Virus record (IMG/VR): IMGVR_UViG_3300016674_000038
Coordinates: 1-25,692 of that record
Source: a virus
Taxonomy: Duplodnaviria > Caudoviricetes
Reading direction: 5' to 3' (one strand)
Length of the DNA: 25,692 nt
A model generated the notes under the pieces. It was given only the letters and a program-made list of their open reading frames with translations, searched no databases and was not told the DNA's origin. Below, one piece after another: positions 8,944 to 16,934 of this stretch. Position 1 is the first letter of the stretch, and each line of letters begins with the position of its first letter. A program made the position numbers and the translations under genes.

Positions 8944-9840
8944 TTACTCCTTGAATGGCTTGATGAATGTTTCGATGTTGGTTGCGATGCTGCGGAAAGC
9001 CAGGTCTTCACACAGCGCCTGGAACCTTTCCGGGTTCAGGTTGGCGTTGAAGCGGTCAACCTTGTCGGGGTTCGGCTTTTCAACCTTCAGCAGTTGCATC
9101 ATCCGAAGGTTCCGAGCGAACGCCCGACGCCCTTCCGGTGAAGCGAGGTTGATGTGCGCCTTCTTCTTCGGCACGAAGTCGCCGCTATCGACACGACGAA
9201 GGAAGTTGCGAACGCTTCCGAACTCGGCCATGAACTCAGGTGCGCCCTTCTCACCGATACCGCCGACGCCTGGGATGCAGTCGGACGTATCGCCTTGAAG
9301 GCATTTGCCCTCAAGAAACGCCAGCGGCGTTGCGTAGCCCGTCTTGTCCAGCAGGTTGTCGAGCGTGACGATCCGAGAGTCATCACGCATGTCGCGCCAC
9401 GTGACGCCTGGGCGAACCAGTTGAATCCAGTCGCGGTCGCCGGAGATGAGAACGATCTGGTTGCCGTCCTTGGCGAACTTGCTGACCATGTGACCGGCCA
9501 TGTCGTCCGCTTCGTGCGTGAACACCTTCAACTGCCGAATACCCAGCGTGTCGTTCATACGCTGGATGTACGGCACTTGAGCTTGGTACGCCTCTTTGAC
9601 CGCCAGCTTCTTCGGGTCGTTGTCGCGGTTGCTCTTGTAGTCCGGGTGCAGTTTGAATCGCCACTCGGCGCGTCCGTCCCACAGAACGATGGGCGTGTGG
9701 GTCGGGTAGATCACCCGCAACTCACGCATCGTCTTGACGAAGCCGAAGATGGCTTGTGTTTCCATGCCACCAACGTTGAGTTTGGTTGCATAGTGGCAGC
9801 TATACCCGACGGAGTTTCCGTCAATGAATAGGAAATTCAT
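8944..9840 (-). CDS. 5'-3' exonuclease / flap endonuclease (T4 RNase H, T5 D15-like)
   Basis: FIDGNS, WDG, YKSNR, EADD, SGDRD, and the H3TH motif GDTSDCIPGVGGIGEK. Confidence 0.93.
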   Translation of the reverse strand: MNFLFIDGNSVGYSCHYATKLNVGGMETQAIFGFVKTMRELRVIYPTHTPIVLWDGRAEWRFKLHPDYKSNRDNDPKKLAVKEAYQAQVPYIQRMNDTLGIRQLKVFTHEADDMAGHMVSKFAKDGNQIVLISGDRDWIQLVRPGVTWRDMRDDSRIVTLDNLLDKTGYATPLAFLEGKCLQGDTSDCIPGVGGIGEKGAPEFMAEFGSVRNFLRRVDSGDFVPKKKAHINLASPEGRRAFARNLRMMQLLKVEKPNPDKVDRFNANLNPERFQALCEDLAFRSIATNIETFIKPFKE

Positions 9841-9842
9841 GG

Positions 9843-9887
9843 GAAAGAAAAACCCACCCTGGGTAGGTTCGTACTCAGGGTGGGTTT
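9843..9887 (-). terminator. Rho-independent terminator after the SSB gene
   Basis: Stem AAACCCACCCTGAGTA/TACCCAGGGTGGGTTT (15 of 16 paired, 6-nt loop), running into a T tract on the minus strand. Confidence 0.75.
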
Positions 9888-9900
9888 AGTCCGTCGTGAC

Positions 9901-10731
9901 TTATTCCAGACCTTCCAGCAGGTTGTCCAGCTCCTCATCGAGAGCCGCAGCACCACCGCCGGAACCACCCTTCACCACAGCGGGCTTCTCGCTGATGTCC
10001 ACGAAGTCGTCTGCGGGTGCAGCCTTCGGGGCAGAGAGGCGAGAAGTCGTCGTGGAGGGACGGTCAGAAGCCGGAGCGGCCAGACCCGCGACAGAGTTGA
10101 TCGCGCCGATTGCCTTGCGCATCTTCTCTTCGCTTTCCATCTTGACGTACTCGTCCAGGTCGTTCAGCTTCTCGTACACGGTCTCCGGAATCTTCACCTT
10201 CTTCGGGCTGACCTGAACGGCGTACTTGGTGTTCAGACCCTTGCCTTCACGAGTGATGGTGATGATCTGAGCGCCTTCGGGGTCGAAGATCGAAGCGGCC
10301 CACTCCTCCACTGCGTCCACCAGAGCGCTGAACACGGTCGGGCTGACTTCCAGAATGGCGGGGGTTTTCGGGTCTTCACCGTCGAGCGCCAGCACGTTCA
10401 TCAGGTAGCGACGGCTTGCCTTCGCGTCCTTCAGCAGTTGGATGGTTTCGTCGTCGGTTGCGGCGTGGGCTGCGTGATTCAGCGTGTCGCAGACTTCGCA
10501 GGTCTTGCCGAAGGTTGCTTCGGCACACGGGTACACTGCCTGGATTTCACCCGCAGCGTTCTTGATGAAGTGCTGGCCGAATTCGTGCCACCACACATGC
10601 TCTTCGCCCTTGCGCCAGCCCGGCAGCAGGATGTAACGGTTCGCGCCGGGTTGCGGCTTGATCGTCTTGTCTTTCTGCTTCAGGTCGGCTTTCTTTGCTT
10701 TGAGGGCGGCCATCAGTTTTGCGGTATCCAT
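9901..10731 (-). CDS. Single-stranded DNA-binding protein, T4 gp32-like
   Basis: ILLP, H..C..CEVC zinc site, LMNVL, G..TKY, acidic tail LDEELDNLLEGLE. Start refined to ATG 10731 (AAGGA RBS). Confidence 0.8.
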   Translation of the reverse strand: MDTAKLMAALKAKKADLKQKDKTIKPQPGANRYILLPGWRKGEEHVWWHEFGQHFIKNAAGEIQAVYPCAEATFGKTCEVCDTLNHAAHAATDDETIQLLKDAKASRRYLMNVLALDGEDPKTPAILEVSPTVFSALVDAVEEWAASIFDPEGAQIITITREGKGLNTKYAVQVSPKKVKIPETVYEKLNDLDEYVKMESEEKMRKAIGAINSVAGLAAPASDRPSTTTSRLSAPKAAPADDFVDISEKPAVVKGGSGGGAAALDEELDNLLEGLE

Positions 10732-10814
10732 GTCAGTTTCCTTTCGTTTGACAGTTTGCGGTTTGTTGAGAGTCAAAGGTGCCTTTTAGACCCGAAGGTC
10801 GTTTCAGCAGGTAC

Positions 10815-10836
10815 ATTATAACTCAGGAATGACTGA
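10815..10836 (-). promoter_or_regulatory. -10 TATAAT overlapped by a palindromic operator
   Basis: Minus strand TCAGTCAT-TC-CTGAGTTA-TAAT, the same register as at the nrdJ promoter. Confidence 0.6.
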
Positions 10837-10861
10837 TTCACAGTCGATCTTCAGGGGACTT

Positions 10862-11785
10862 TTACTGAACTCCCGCGTTCCCTTTGTAGAGATTCGCAGC
10901 ACGTTGAGCCAGCGATTCGGCTTGCTCGTTTTGCGCCACGATGCGCAGGTTGCCCTTGAACTCTTCGCGGCGGTCGGCACCGAGCTGGATCAGCATGTCA
11001 CGACGATCAGCCAGGGAGAACACCATCGCCCGGTTGACGGACGCAATGGTTTCAGCCTCGATGACGGCGTTCTTCGCGGTCGCCCAACGCGGGTCCAGCT
11101 TCACAGCGGACTCGACGGCCTTCTCGGTGACTTTGCTGCCGCTGGACTCCAGCGTCTTGCGATGCTCGTCGTACAGCTTGGCTTCCAGCACTTCGAAGCG
11201 AACCTTCAGGCGGGAATGCTGAGCTTCAGCGTTTGCAGCCATCGTGCCGTAGTAAGCACGCAGGGCCGATTGCTTCATCATCGCATCGTCCAGCGTTGCT
11301 TCGGTGAAGCGCGTTTCTTCCTGGAATTTCGCGGCGTCCACGTAGAAGTTCAGCGAAGCCTTTGCGCTGGCAGGCTTGTCGCTCGCACCAATGGCGTCGT
11401 TCTCAACTTCCGCTTGATGCTCACGAGTGGGCAGCTTCGGCACGGGGATTTCAGGTTCCGGTTCCGGTTTGGTTGCCTTTACCTTCGCTTGGTTCACGGC
11501 TTTCACAGGCTTGGCGGCGCGATCTTCAACCACCGCGACGGTGTTCGGGCCGGGGTCGGCAGTCACCTTGTCCAGCTCGATTTCTTCCAGAGAAGCGACG
11601 AAACTTTCGATGTCATCAGACTTCGCGGCCGCGATTTCTCGGGCCTCGGTCATGGCGGCGACGGTCGTTGCGTTCGGTGCGGGCGCGGCTGCGGGGGCCG
11701 GTGTGGTGCCCGCGACTTCGGCCTCCAGTTCGTCCAGCAGAGCGGCGATGTCGTCGTCTTCCAGACCGATTTCAGGGTTGCTCAT
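10862..11785 (-). CDS. Protein with an acidic/Ala-Pro low-complexity N-terminus and a helical, possibly UvsY-like C-terminus
   Basis: AAGGAG RBS. The C-terminal helices (Q...YYG; KVTEKAVESAVKLDPRW; SLADRRDML) resemble UvsY-like mediators; lies next to the SSB gene and near recA. Confidence 0.6.
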   Translation of the reverse strand: MSNPEIGLEDDDIAALLDELEAEVAGTTPAPAAAPAPNATTVAAMTEAREIAAAKSDDIESFVASLEEIELDKVTADPGPNTVAVVEDRAAKPVKAVNQAKVKATKPEPEPEIPVPKLPTREHQAEVENDAIGASDKPASAKASLNFYVDAAKFQEETRFTEATLDDAMMKQSALRAYYGTMAANAEAQHSRLKVRFEVLEAKLYDEHRKTLESSGSKVTEKAVESAVKLDPRWATAKNAVIEAETIASVNRAMVFSLADRRDMLIQLGADRREEFKGNLRIVAQNEQAESLAQRAANLYKGNAGVQ

Positions 11786-11821
11786 GGTTTCTCCTTTGCA
11801 CTTGTGCAGTAATGACGATTG

Positions 11822-11865
11822 ATCTTATCGTCTGGTTTCAGGGAATGTAAGTCGTTCGTGACGTA
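11822..11865 (-). promoter_or_regulatory. CCCTR-N11-(-10) promoter with upstream operator
   Basis: CCCTG aaaccagacga TAAGAT (11822-11843); operator TAAGTCGT-TC-GTGACGTA at 11848-11865. Confidence 0.6.
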
Positions 11866-11869
11866 TTTG

Positions 11870-14800
11870 TCAGGACAGAATGTCGGCAACTTGTGCGAAC
11901 ACCGCGTCCAGAACCTCTTGCTTGTCCGGGTCGAAGCCAATCTGCTGCGCGTTAATGCCGCAGACGATGGTCGCGTCCAGCGTAGGGTCGAACACGGTCT
12001 TGCCCACCAGTTCGCTTGTGCCACCTTTGGTGCCTAGCACGAAGCGCTTGATGGTTGCGGAACCGAGCGCGACGATGATCGGTGGCTTGATGAGTTCAAG
12101 CTCCCTGTTGAGCCACTGAGAACATCCGTTCAGTTGCTCGTTGGTCAGGAACTTGTCGCTCTTCTTGGCTTTGACCAGCGTGGTGTAGTAGCCCTCTGCC
12201 GGATTCAGCCCTGCCTTGCGAATCGCTTCCTTGATGTAGCCCGCAGCATCGCCCTCCAGCAGCTTGTCGGCTTTCTCCTCCTGCCAGGTCGGACAGTCCG
12301 TGACCACCATGAACTTGATCGTCGTCTTGGCGCGAACCGATGGGTGCGGCTCGTCACGCAGCGAACAGTCCTCGCACTTCTTGTACTCTTGGACAAGGTG
12401 AATCACCTTGGCTCGAAGGAACTTGTCGCTGAAGTCCGTCTGACGATCCGACTTCACGGCGTCGATGATCAGACCGGGCATCAGCTCCATCTGGGCCTTG
12501 CGACGGCTGAAGTGGTTCGACGGAAGCTCGGCCGGATCGACGCCCGCGAACGCACCGACGGCACGAAGGTTCTCGACCACCCTGCTGTTGACGCCCGAGC
12601 CCGACTCGCCGGCAGCCAGTTCGAACTCCGTGACGTTGCTGAAAGCCTTCTTCGGCGTTCCAGCTTCGTCGCGGCCGTAAACGTCTTCGATGGTGCCGTC
12701 GCGCTTCTTCTTCCTCCTGACGACAACCCAGTCCGTGTTCTTCTCACGCAAAGCCACGATCTTGCGAGCCGTGCTTTCGCTCACGCCCTTGACGGCCGAG
12801 AACGGCGCAACGATGACCTTCCCGTCGGCCGAGATTTCGTAGCGGTCGGTGGACAGGTTGATGTTGGGCGGCATGACTTCCACACCATACTGACGGGCGT
12901 CCTTCACCAGACCTGGGAGCTTCTCCTCGTCAACGATGGACATGCAAGCTGCGAAGTATTCAGCCGGGTAGTTCACCCGCAGCCACATTGTCCAGTAGCT
13001 GATGATGGAGTATTCGACGGCGTGCGAACGGTTGAAACCGTAGCCTGCGAAGGCTTCGATCTTGTCGAACAGACCACCTGCGGCACGTTCATCCATCCCA
13101 GCAGTCGCTTTGCAGCCGTCAACCCACTTCTGGCGCATTTCGGCCATCTTGTCCTTGTCTTTCTTGCCCATCGCTTTACGGAGATGGTCAGCTTCAGCCC
13201 TTGTGAAGCCAGCAAGATCGACCGCCACCTGCATCACCTGCTCCTGATAGACGATCACCCCATAGGTGTCCTTCAGGGCGGGCTTCATCAGCGGATGGTC
13301 GTAAGACTCGCTCTTGATGCCTTGCTTGATCGCCACGAAGTCGTCCATCAGACCGGAGTCCATCGGGCCGGGTCGGTACAGTGCGGTTGCGGCGGTGATG
13401 TCTTCGAACGTCAGCGGGCCACCCGATGCGAGGCTTCGCAGCAGCTTCTTCATGCCTGGCGATTCGAACTGGAAGACGCCCGTGGTGTCACCGCGACCGA
13501 AGGCTTCCATCACCGAAGGTTCTTCGAACGGCACTTCCAGGTAGTTCACCTTGACGCGGTGCCGATCCCAGATGTACTGACGGGCGATTTCCATCACATC
13601 GAGTGTGGACAGGCCCAGAATATCCATCTTGACCAGCCCCCAGTCTTCGACCGTCCGCTTGTCCCAGTTGACCACTGGAGCGTCAGAGCGGGTCTCCACG
13701 ACCGAGCGATTGATCAGCGGCTCACCCGCAACCACCACACCAGCGGCATGTCGGCCGAAAGCTCGCATTGCACCTTCCAGGTTCAGCGCGTGAGTCCAGA
13801 TTTCGGGGTAGGTGTCCTTGAACTTGTCGATTTCAGCCACTGCTTTCGCTGACTCGGTAAGCGTGAACGACTGACCATGTTCTTTTGGAACGAGCTTGGT
13901 ACAGCTTAGCTCGATGCCATCGAGACCGTACATGCGACCAGACTCACGCAACGCACTGGCTGACGCGAGCGTCGAATAGTTCGAAATCCCCGCAACGCGA
14001 TCCTTGCCATATTTGGCGGTCAGGTACTCGATCACCAGATGACGCTTGGACGACATGAAGTCCAGATCGGCGTCAGGCAAGTCAAGACGCTCGGGGTTGA
14101 TGAAGCGCTCGAAAAGGAGGTTGAAGCGGATCGGGTCAACGTCAGTGATGCCGATGAGATATGCAACCAGCGAACCACCGACAGAACCGCGCCCTGGGCC
14201 CACGATGACGCCGTTGTCTTTCGCCCAGTTCACCAAGTCTTCCACGAGCAGGAAGTATCCCGAGAAGCCCATCTTCTTCAGAACGCCCAGCTCGTACTGA
14301 AGGCGCTCCTTGTAGGGCGTCAGGTCAGTCGGCTGGTAGCCGAGAACCGGACTCGTCAGACGCTTTTTCCAACCCTCGACGCACTTCTTGGCAAGCGCTT
14401 CGAACTCGTTGGGTGCCATCTGCGGCAGGGACACAGGCTGCTTTTCGAACTTGTAGGTAGCCATGTTGACCAGCTTGTCGATGTTGGCGACACCCTGCGC
14501 CCACAGCTTCTGACCCGCCTCCTCGTGGTACGTGGCAAGCCGGCGCACCGAACCCTTGACGCGCTCGATCAGCTTGCTCGGCTCACCGATGCTGAAGTCC
14601 TTCACGAACTGAATTCGGCGGTGTCCCGCGTCCATCTTGGTGTTCGTCGTGATGCAAGACAAAACGTCCAGGCTGTCCGCAGCTTCGTTGGTGCGGTACA
14701 GAACTGGGTAAGTGACCAGTGTTGGCATCGACATGCTTTGAGCGACCCTGATGCCGCGCTCATTCAGGGTGTCGAACAGAGGCGTGTCAATCGGGCAAAG

Positions 14801-15325
14801 CTCCGCGAACACCTTGTCCTGACCGAAGCGGTCCTGCATGTGGCGCACCAGCGTTTCAGCTTCTGCTTGCGGCAAGTGCCAGAGACTGAAAAAGTCGCCC
14901 GTCGAAATGGCAACTCCTTCAAGCTCCAGCACATCCTTGAAGCCCACTCGCGGCACGTAGTAGAAGTATTCGTCCGTGTACGCCTTCGAAAGTAGCTTCA
15001 GCAGTGACTTAGCGCCACGCTCGTCAAGAACATACGCCTTGATGAAGAACTCCCGGTTCTCCTTCGGTGCGACGCCGCTACCCTTCGCGGGCTTGCGGTA
15101 GGTCGGGTCTTCCACGACACGAATGCGGCAGCCGATCACGGGCTTGATGCCCGCTTTCTTGCAGCGGTTGGAAAAGTCCACCAGCGCGTGAACGGACATC
15201 GTGTCGGTCAGGGTGATCGACTCGTAGCCCTTCGCTTTTGCATCTGCCACCAAATGCTCGATCTGGAGCATCGACTCGGTGAGGCTGAAGTCGGATTTGA
15301 CTCCGATCAAGTGTTTCAAATTCAT
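11870..15325 (-). CDS. dnaE: DNA polymerase III alpha subunit with a C-terminal uracil-DNA-glycosylase-like domain
   Basis: GRGSVGGSLVAY, LLFERFINPER, PDADLDF, RHAAGVV, KMDILGL, GVFQFES, YRPGPM, YQEQVM, FAGYGFNRSH. The C-terminus CEDCSL...CSQWLNRELELIKPPIIVALG is family-4 UDG-like. Confidence 0.95.
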   Translation of the reverse strand: MNLKHLIGVKSDFSLTESMLQIEHLVADAKAKGYESITLTDTMSVHALVDFSNRCKKAGIKPVIGCRIRVVEDPTYRKPAKGSGVAPKENREFFIKAYVLDERGAKSLLKLLSKAYTDEYFYYVPRVGFKDVLELEGVAISTGDFFSLWHLPQAEAETLVRHMQDRFGQDKVFAELCPIDTPLFDTLNERGIRVAQSMSMPTLVTYPVLYRTNEAADSLDVLSCITTNTKMDAGHRRIQFVKDFSIGEPSKLIERVKGSVRRLATYHEEAGQKLWAQGVANIDKLVNMATYKFEKQPVSLPQMAPNEFEALAKKCVEGWKKRLTSPVLGYQPTDLTPYKERLQYELGVLKKMGFSGYFLLVEDLVNWAKDNGVIVGPGRGSVGGSLVAYLIGITDVDPIRFNLLFERFINPERLDLPDADLDFMSSKRHLVIEYLTAKYGKDRVAGISNYSTLASASALRESGRMYGLDGIELSCTKLVPKEHGQSFTLTESAKAVAEIDKFKDTYPEIWTHALNLEGAMRAFGRHAAGVVVAGEPLINRSVVETRSDAPVVNWDKRTVEDWGLVKMDILGLSTLDVMEIARQYIWDRHRVKVNYLEVPFEEPSVMEAFGRGDTTGVFQFESPGMKKLLRSLASGGPLTFEDITAATALYRPGPMDSGLMDDFVAIKQGIKSESYDHPLMKPALKDTYGVIVYQEQVMQVAVDLAGFTRAEADHLRKAMGKKDKDKMAEMRQKWVDGCKATAGMDERAAGGLFDKIEAFAGYGFNRSHAVEYSIISYWTMWLRVNYPAEYFAACMSIVDEEKLPGLVKDARQYGVEVMPPNINLSTDRYEISADGKVIVAPFSAVKGVSESTARKIVALREKNTDWVVVRRKKKRDGTIEDVYGRDEAGTPKKAFSNVTEFELAAGESGSGVNSRVVENLRAVGAFAGVDPAELPSNHFSRRKAQMELMPGLIIDAVKSDRQTDFSDKFLRAKVIHLVQEYKKCEDCSLRDEPHPSVRAKTTIKFMVVTDCPTWQEEKADKLLEGDAAGYIKEAIRKAGLNPAEGYYTTLVKAKKSDKFLTNEQLNGCSQWLNRELELIKPPIIVALGSATIKRFVLGTKGGTSELVGKTVFDPTLDATIVCGINAQQIGFDPDKQEVLDAVFAQVADILS

Positions 15326-15573
15326 TCAACTTCCTTGTAACGTTCCCACACAACCAAGTGGTAGCCGACGATGTTCGTGTTTCTGGATGACTCAACGATT
15401 GTCGGCACTGGTGATCCTGGAGGGTATATCTGCGTGTGGGAAATGCTTGCGGTCTCGGTTGATGGAAAGAACTGAATCTCTCTCAAACGAAAGTCGGGTT
15501 CTGGTGGAATCAAGTCCTGACAACCGCCGAGCATATTCGAAAGGAAGAGAACTTGGTACTTGTATTCGTACAT
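15322..15573 (-). CDS. Hypothetical protein (83 aa)
   Basis: ATG 15573 directly follows the upstream stop, and the stop overlaps the dnaE ATG (ATGA). The longer track start overlaps the upstream gene. Confidence 0.55.
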   Translation of the reverse strand: MYEYKYQVLFLSNMLGGCQDLIPPEPDFRLREIQFFPSTETASISHTQIYPPGSPVPTIVESSRNTNIVGYHLVVWERYKEVE

Positions 15574-15574
15574 C

Positions 15575-16270
15575 TTACGCTGCGCTCCCAGGAGATAACA
15601 CCCAGCCCTCAGATGTCTCCTGCGCAACACCGAAGGCAACCAGAATCGGCATGGCGATACCCACATGCGATGAGGCTGTTGCTTCATCCCAGGGACGCTT
15701 GGTGCCCAACTTGGTCATGAACGCCTTCTTCAGAGATTGCTTTGTGACCGTGCCATTCAGCAGTTCGTCACACACCACCGAACAGTGGTCGAGGCGACCT
15801 TGTGACGCGAACGGGTTGACTCGCTGACTCATGTCCGTGCGAATCTTTTCGATCACACCAGACTTGCACCACTTGGTAGCCAAGTCCTGCGACTTCTTGT
15901 TCAGCCCGCCGATGATGCGCTCCTGCTCGTCGGTCAAGTCATGGCTGACGACACTCACCGGAGTCTTGCGCTCAACCTTCTCGGTTGGCTTCTTCGGGGA
16001 GGGAAGGAACTTGCGCGGGTCGATCTTCGCTTCCGGCTGCGGTTCTGCCTTCTGAGGCTGCGCGGTCGCAGCGCGGACTTGCTGGTGCCTGGCCAGCAGA
16101 TCGTCCACGTTGATCTTGTCGCGGATCGCTTTCAGGGTTTCGAGACAAGCTGCCTCACACGCCGCGTAGGCGGAGCAGCTACTGCAAACGGACGAGTCCC
16201 GGCTGAATACGCTGGGTGATGCGTAGCAGCCAGGGGCACGATCCTTCTCGCTGATGGCGAGTGCTTCCAT
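15575..16270 (-). CDS. Hypothetical protein with a Cys-rich putative zinc-binding N-terminus
   Basis: GC-x13-CxxC-x5-CxxxC. Start refined to ATG 16270 (GGAG RBS). Confidence 0.75.
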   Translation of the reverse strand: MEALAISEKDRAPGCYASPSVFSRDSSVCSSCSAYAACEAACLETLKAIRDKINVDDLLARHQQVRAATAQPQKAEPQPEAKIDPRKFLPSPKKPTEKVERKTPVSVVSHDLTDEQERIIGGLNKKSQDLATKWCKSGVIEKIRTDMSQRVNPFASQGRLDHCSVVCDELLNGTVTKQSLKKAFMTKLGTKRPWDEATASSHVGIAMPILVAFGVAQETSEGWVLSPGSAA

Positions 16271-16274
16271 GTGG

Positions 16275-16934
16275 TTACGCTCCAATGAACTGTTTCGCTT
16301 GAACGTAACGCAGGCGGTCAATCTCTTTCAGAGCCTTGTTGCAGTCCGACTCCTGGATGCTGGTTGAAATCATCCGGATGAAGCCTGCAACGTAGCGGGG
16401 CGTGATTCGGGCCATGCAACGGCAGTTGAACCCGAGAGAGCGACCGAACTCCGCGTTTGCTTCTGCCTTTCGAATCTCCTCCATCAGCTCCTCTGGCGGG
16501 GCGACCATCCAGTTGACGATCAGCCTGGCCAGTGGTGACAGAGAGGACTCGATGAACCGAATGAACTGGCGAATGCGGCAGTGGTCTTCGGGCGTTTCGT
16601 GGTCAACCATCAGCACATCCTGAAGGTTGAACTCCTCGTCTTCCGAAGTGTTCATCTCCTCGATGCTGACGGTTCCATGAACCAGACGCTCCTCGATCAT
16701 CTCCTGCGCCCACACGTTCAGTCGGTTGTATGCGGCTTTGTAGAAGAACGTGGCAAACCTGAAACCAAGGGACTCATCAAAGCGTTCGTAAGCCTTGAGG
16801 AACACGACGGACATCTCCTGAAAGACATCCTCGTAGTCCATTGCGACCCCCGCCGCTTGCAGTCGGGCATAGCCCTTCCGAGAGACGGCGTGGATCAGGT
16901 TCACGTTTTCCTTGTAGAAGTCCGCTGCGGTCAT
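16275..16934 (-). CDS. Divergent sigma70-family RNA polymerase sigma factor
   Basis: Region 2 pattern NVNLIHAVSRK..YEDVFQE..VFLKAYERFDESLGFRFATF. No canonical region 4.2 is visible. Confidence 0.75.
   Translation of the reverse strand: MTAADFYKENVNLIHAVSRKGYARLQAAGVAMDYEDVFQEMSVVFLKAYERFDESLGFRFATFFYKAAYNRLNVWAQEMIEERLVHGTVSIEEMNTSEDEEFNLQDVLMVDHETPEDHCRIRQFIRFIESSLSPLARLIVNWMVAPPEELMEEIRKAEANAEFGRSLGFNCRCMARITPRYVAGFIRMISTSIQESDCNKALKEIDRLRYVQAKQFIGA

Noticed and set aside
10835-10856. Additional CCCTR promoter copies (10852, 20379, 20652)
   Set aside because: The hexamers at N11 (TGAATC, TAACCC, CAGAAG) do not fit TAnnnT, so they were not counted.
11870-15325. Intein or intron in dnaE (also looked for in recA and nrdJ)
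   Set aside because: Motif spacing is continuous and no splicing or homing motifs were seen; there is only a short basic insertion near the HhH.
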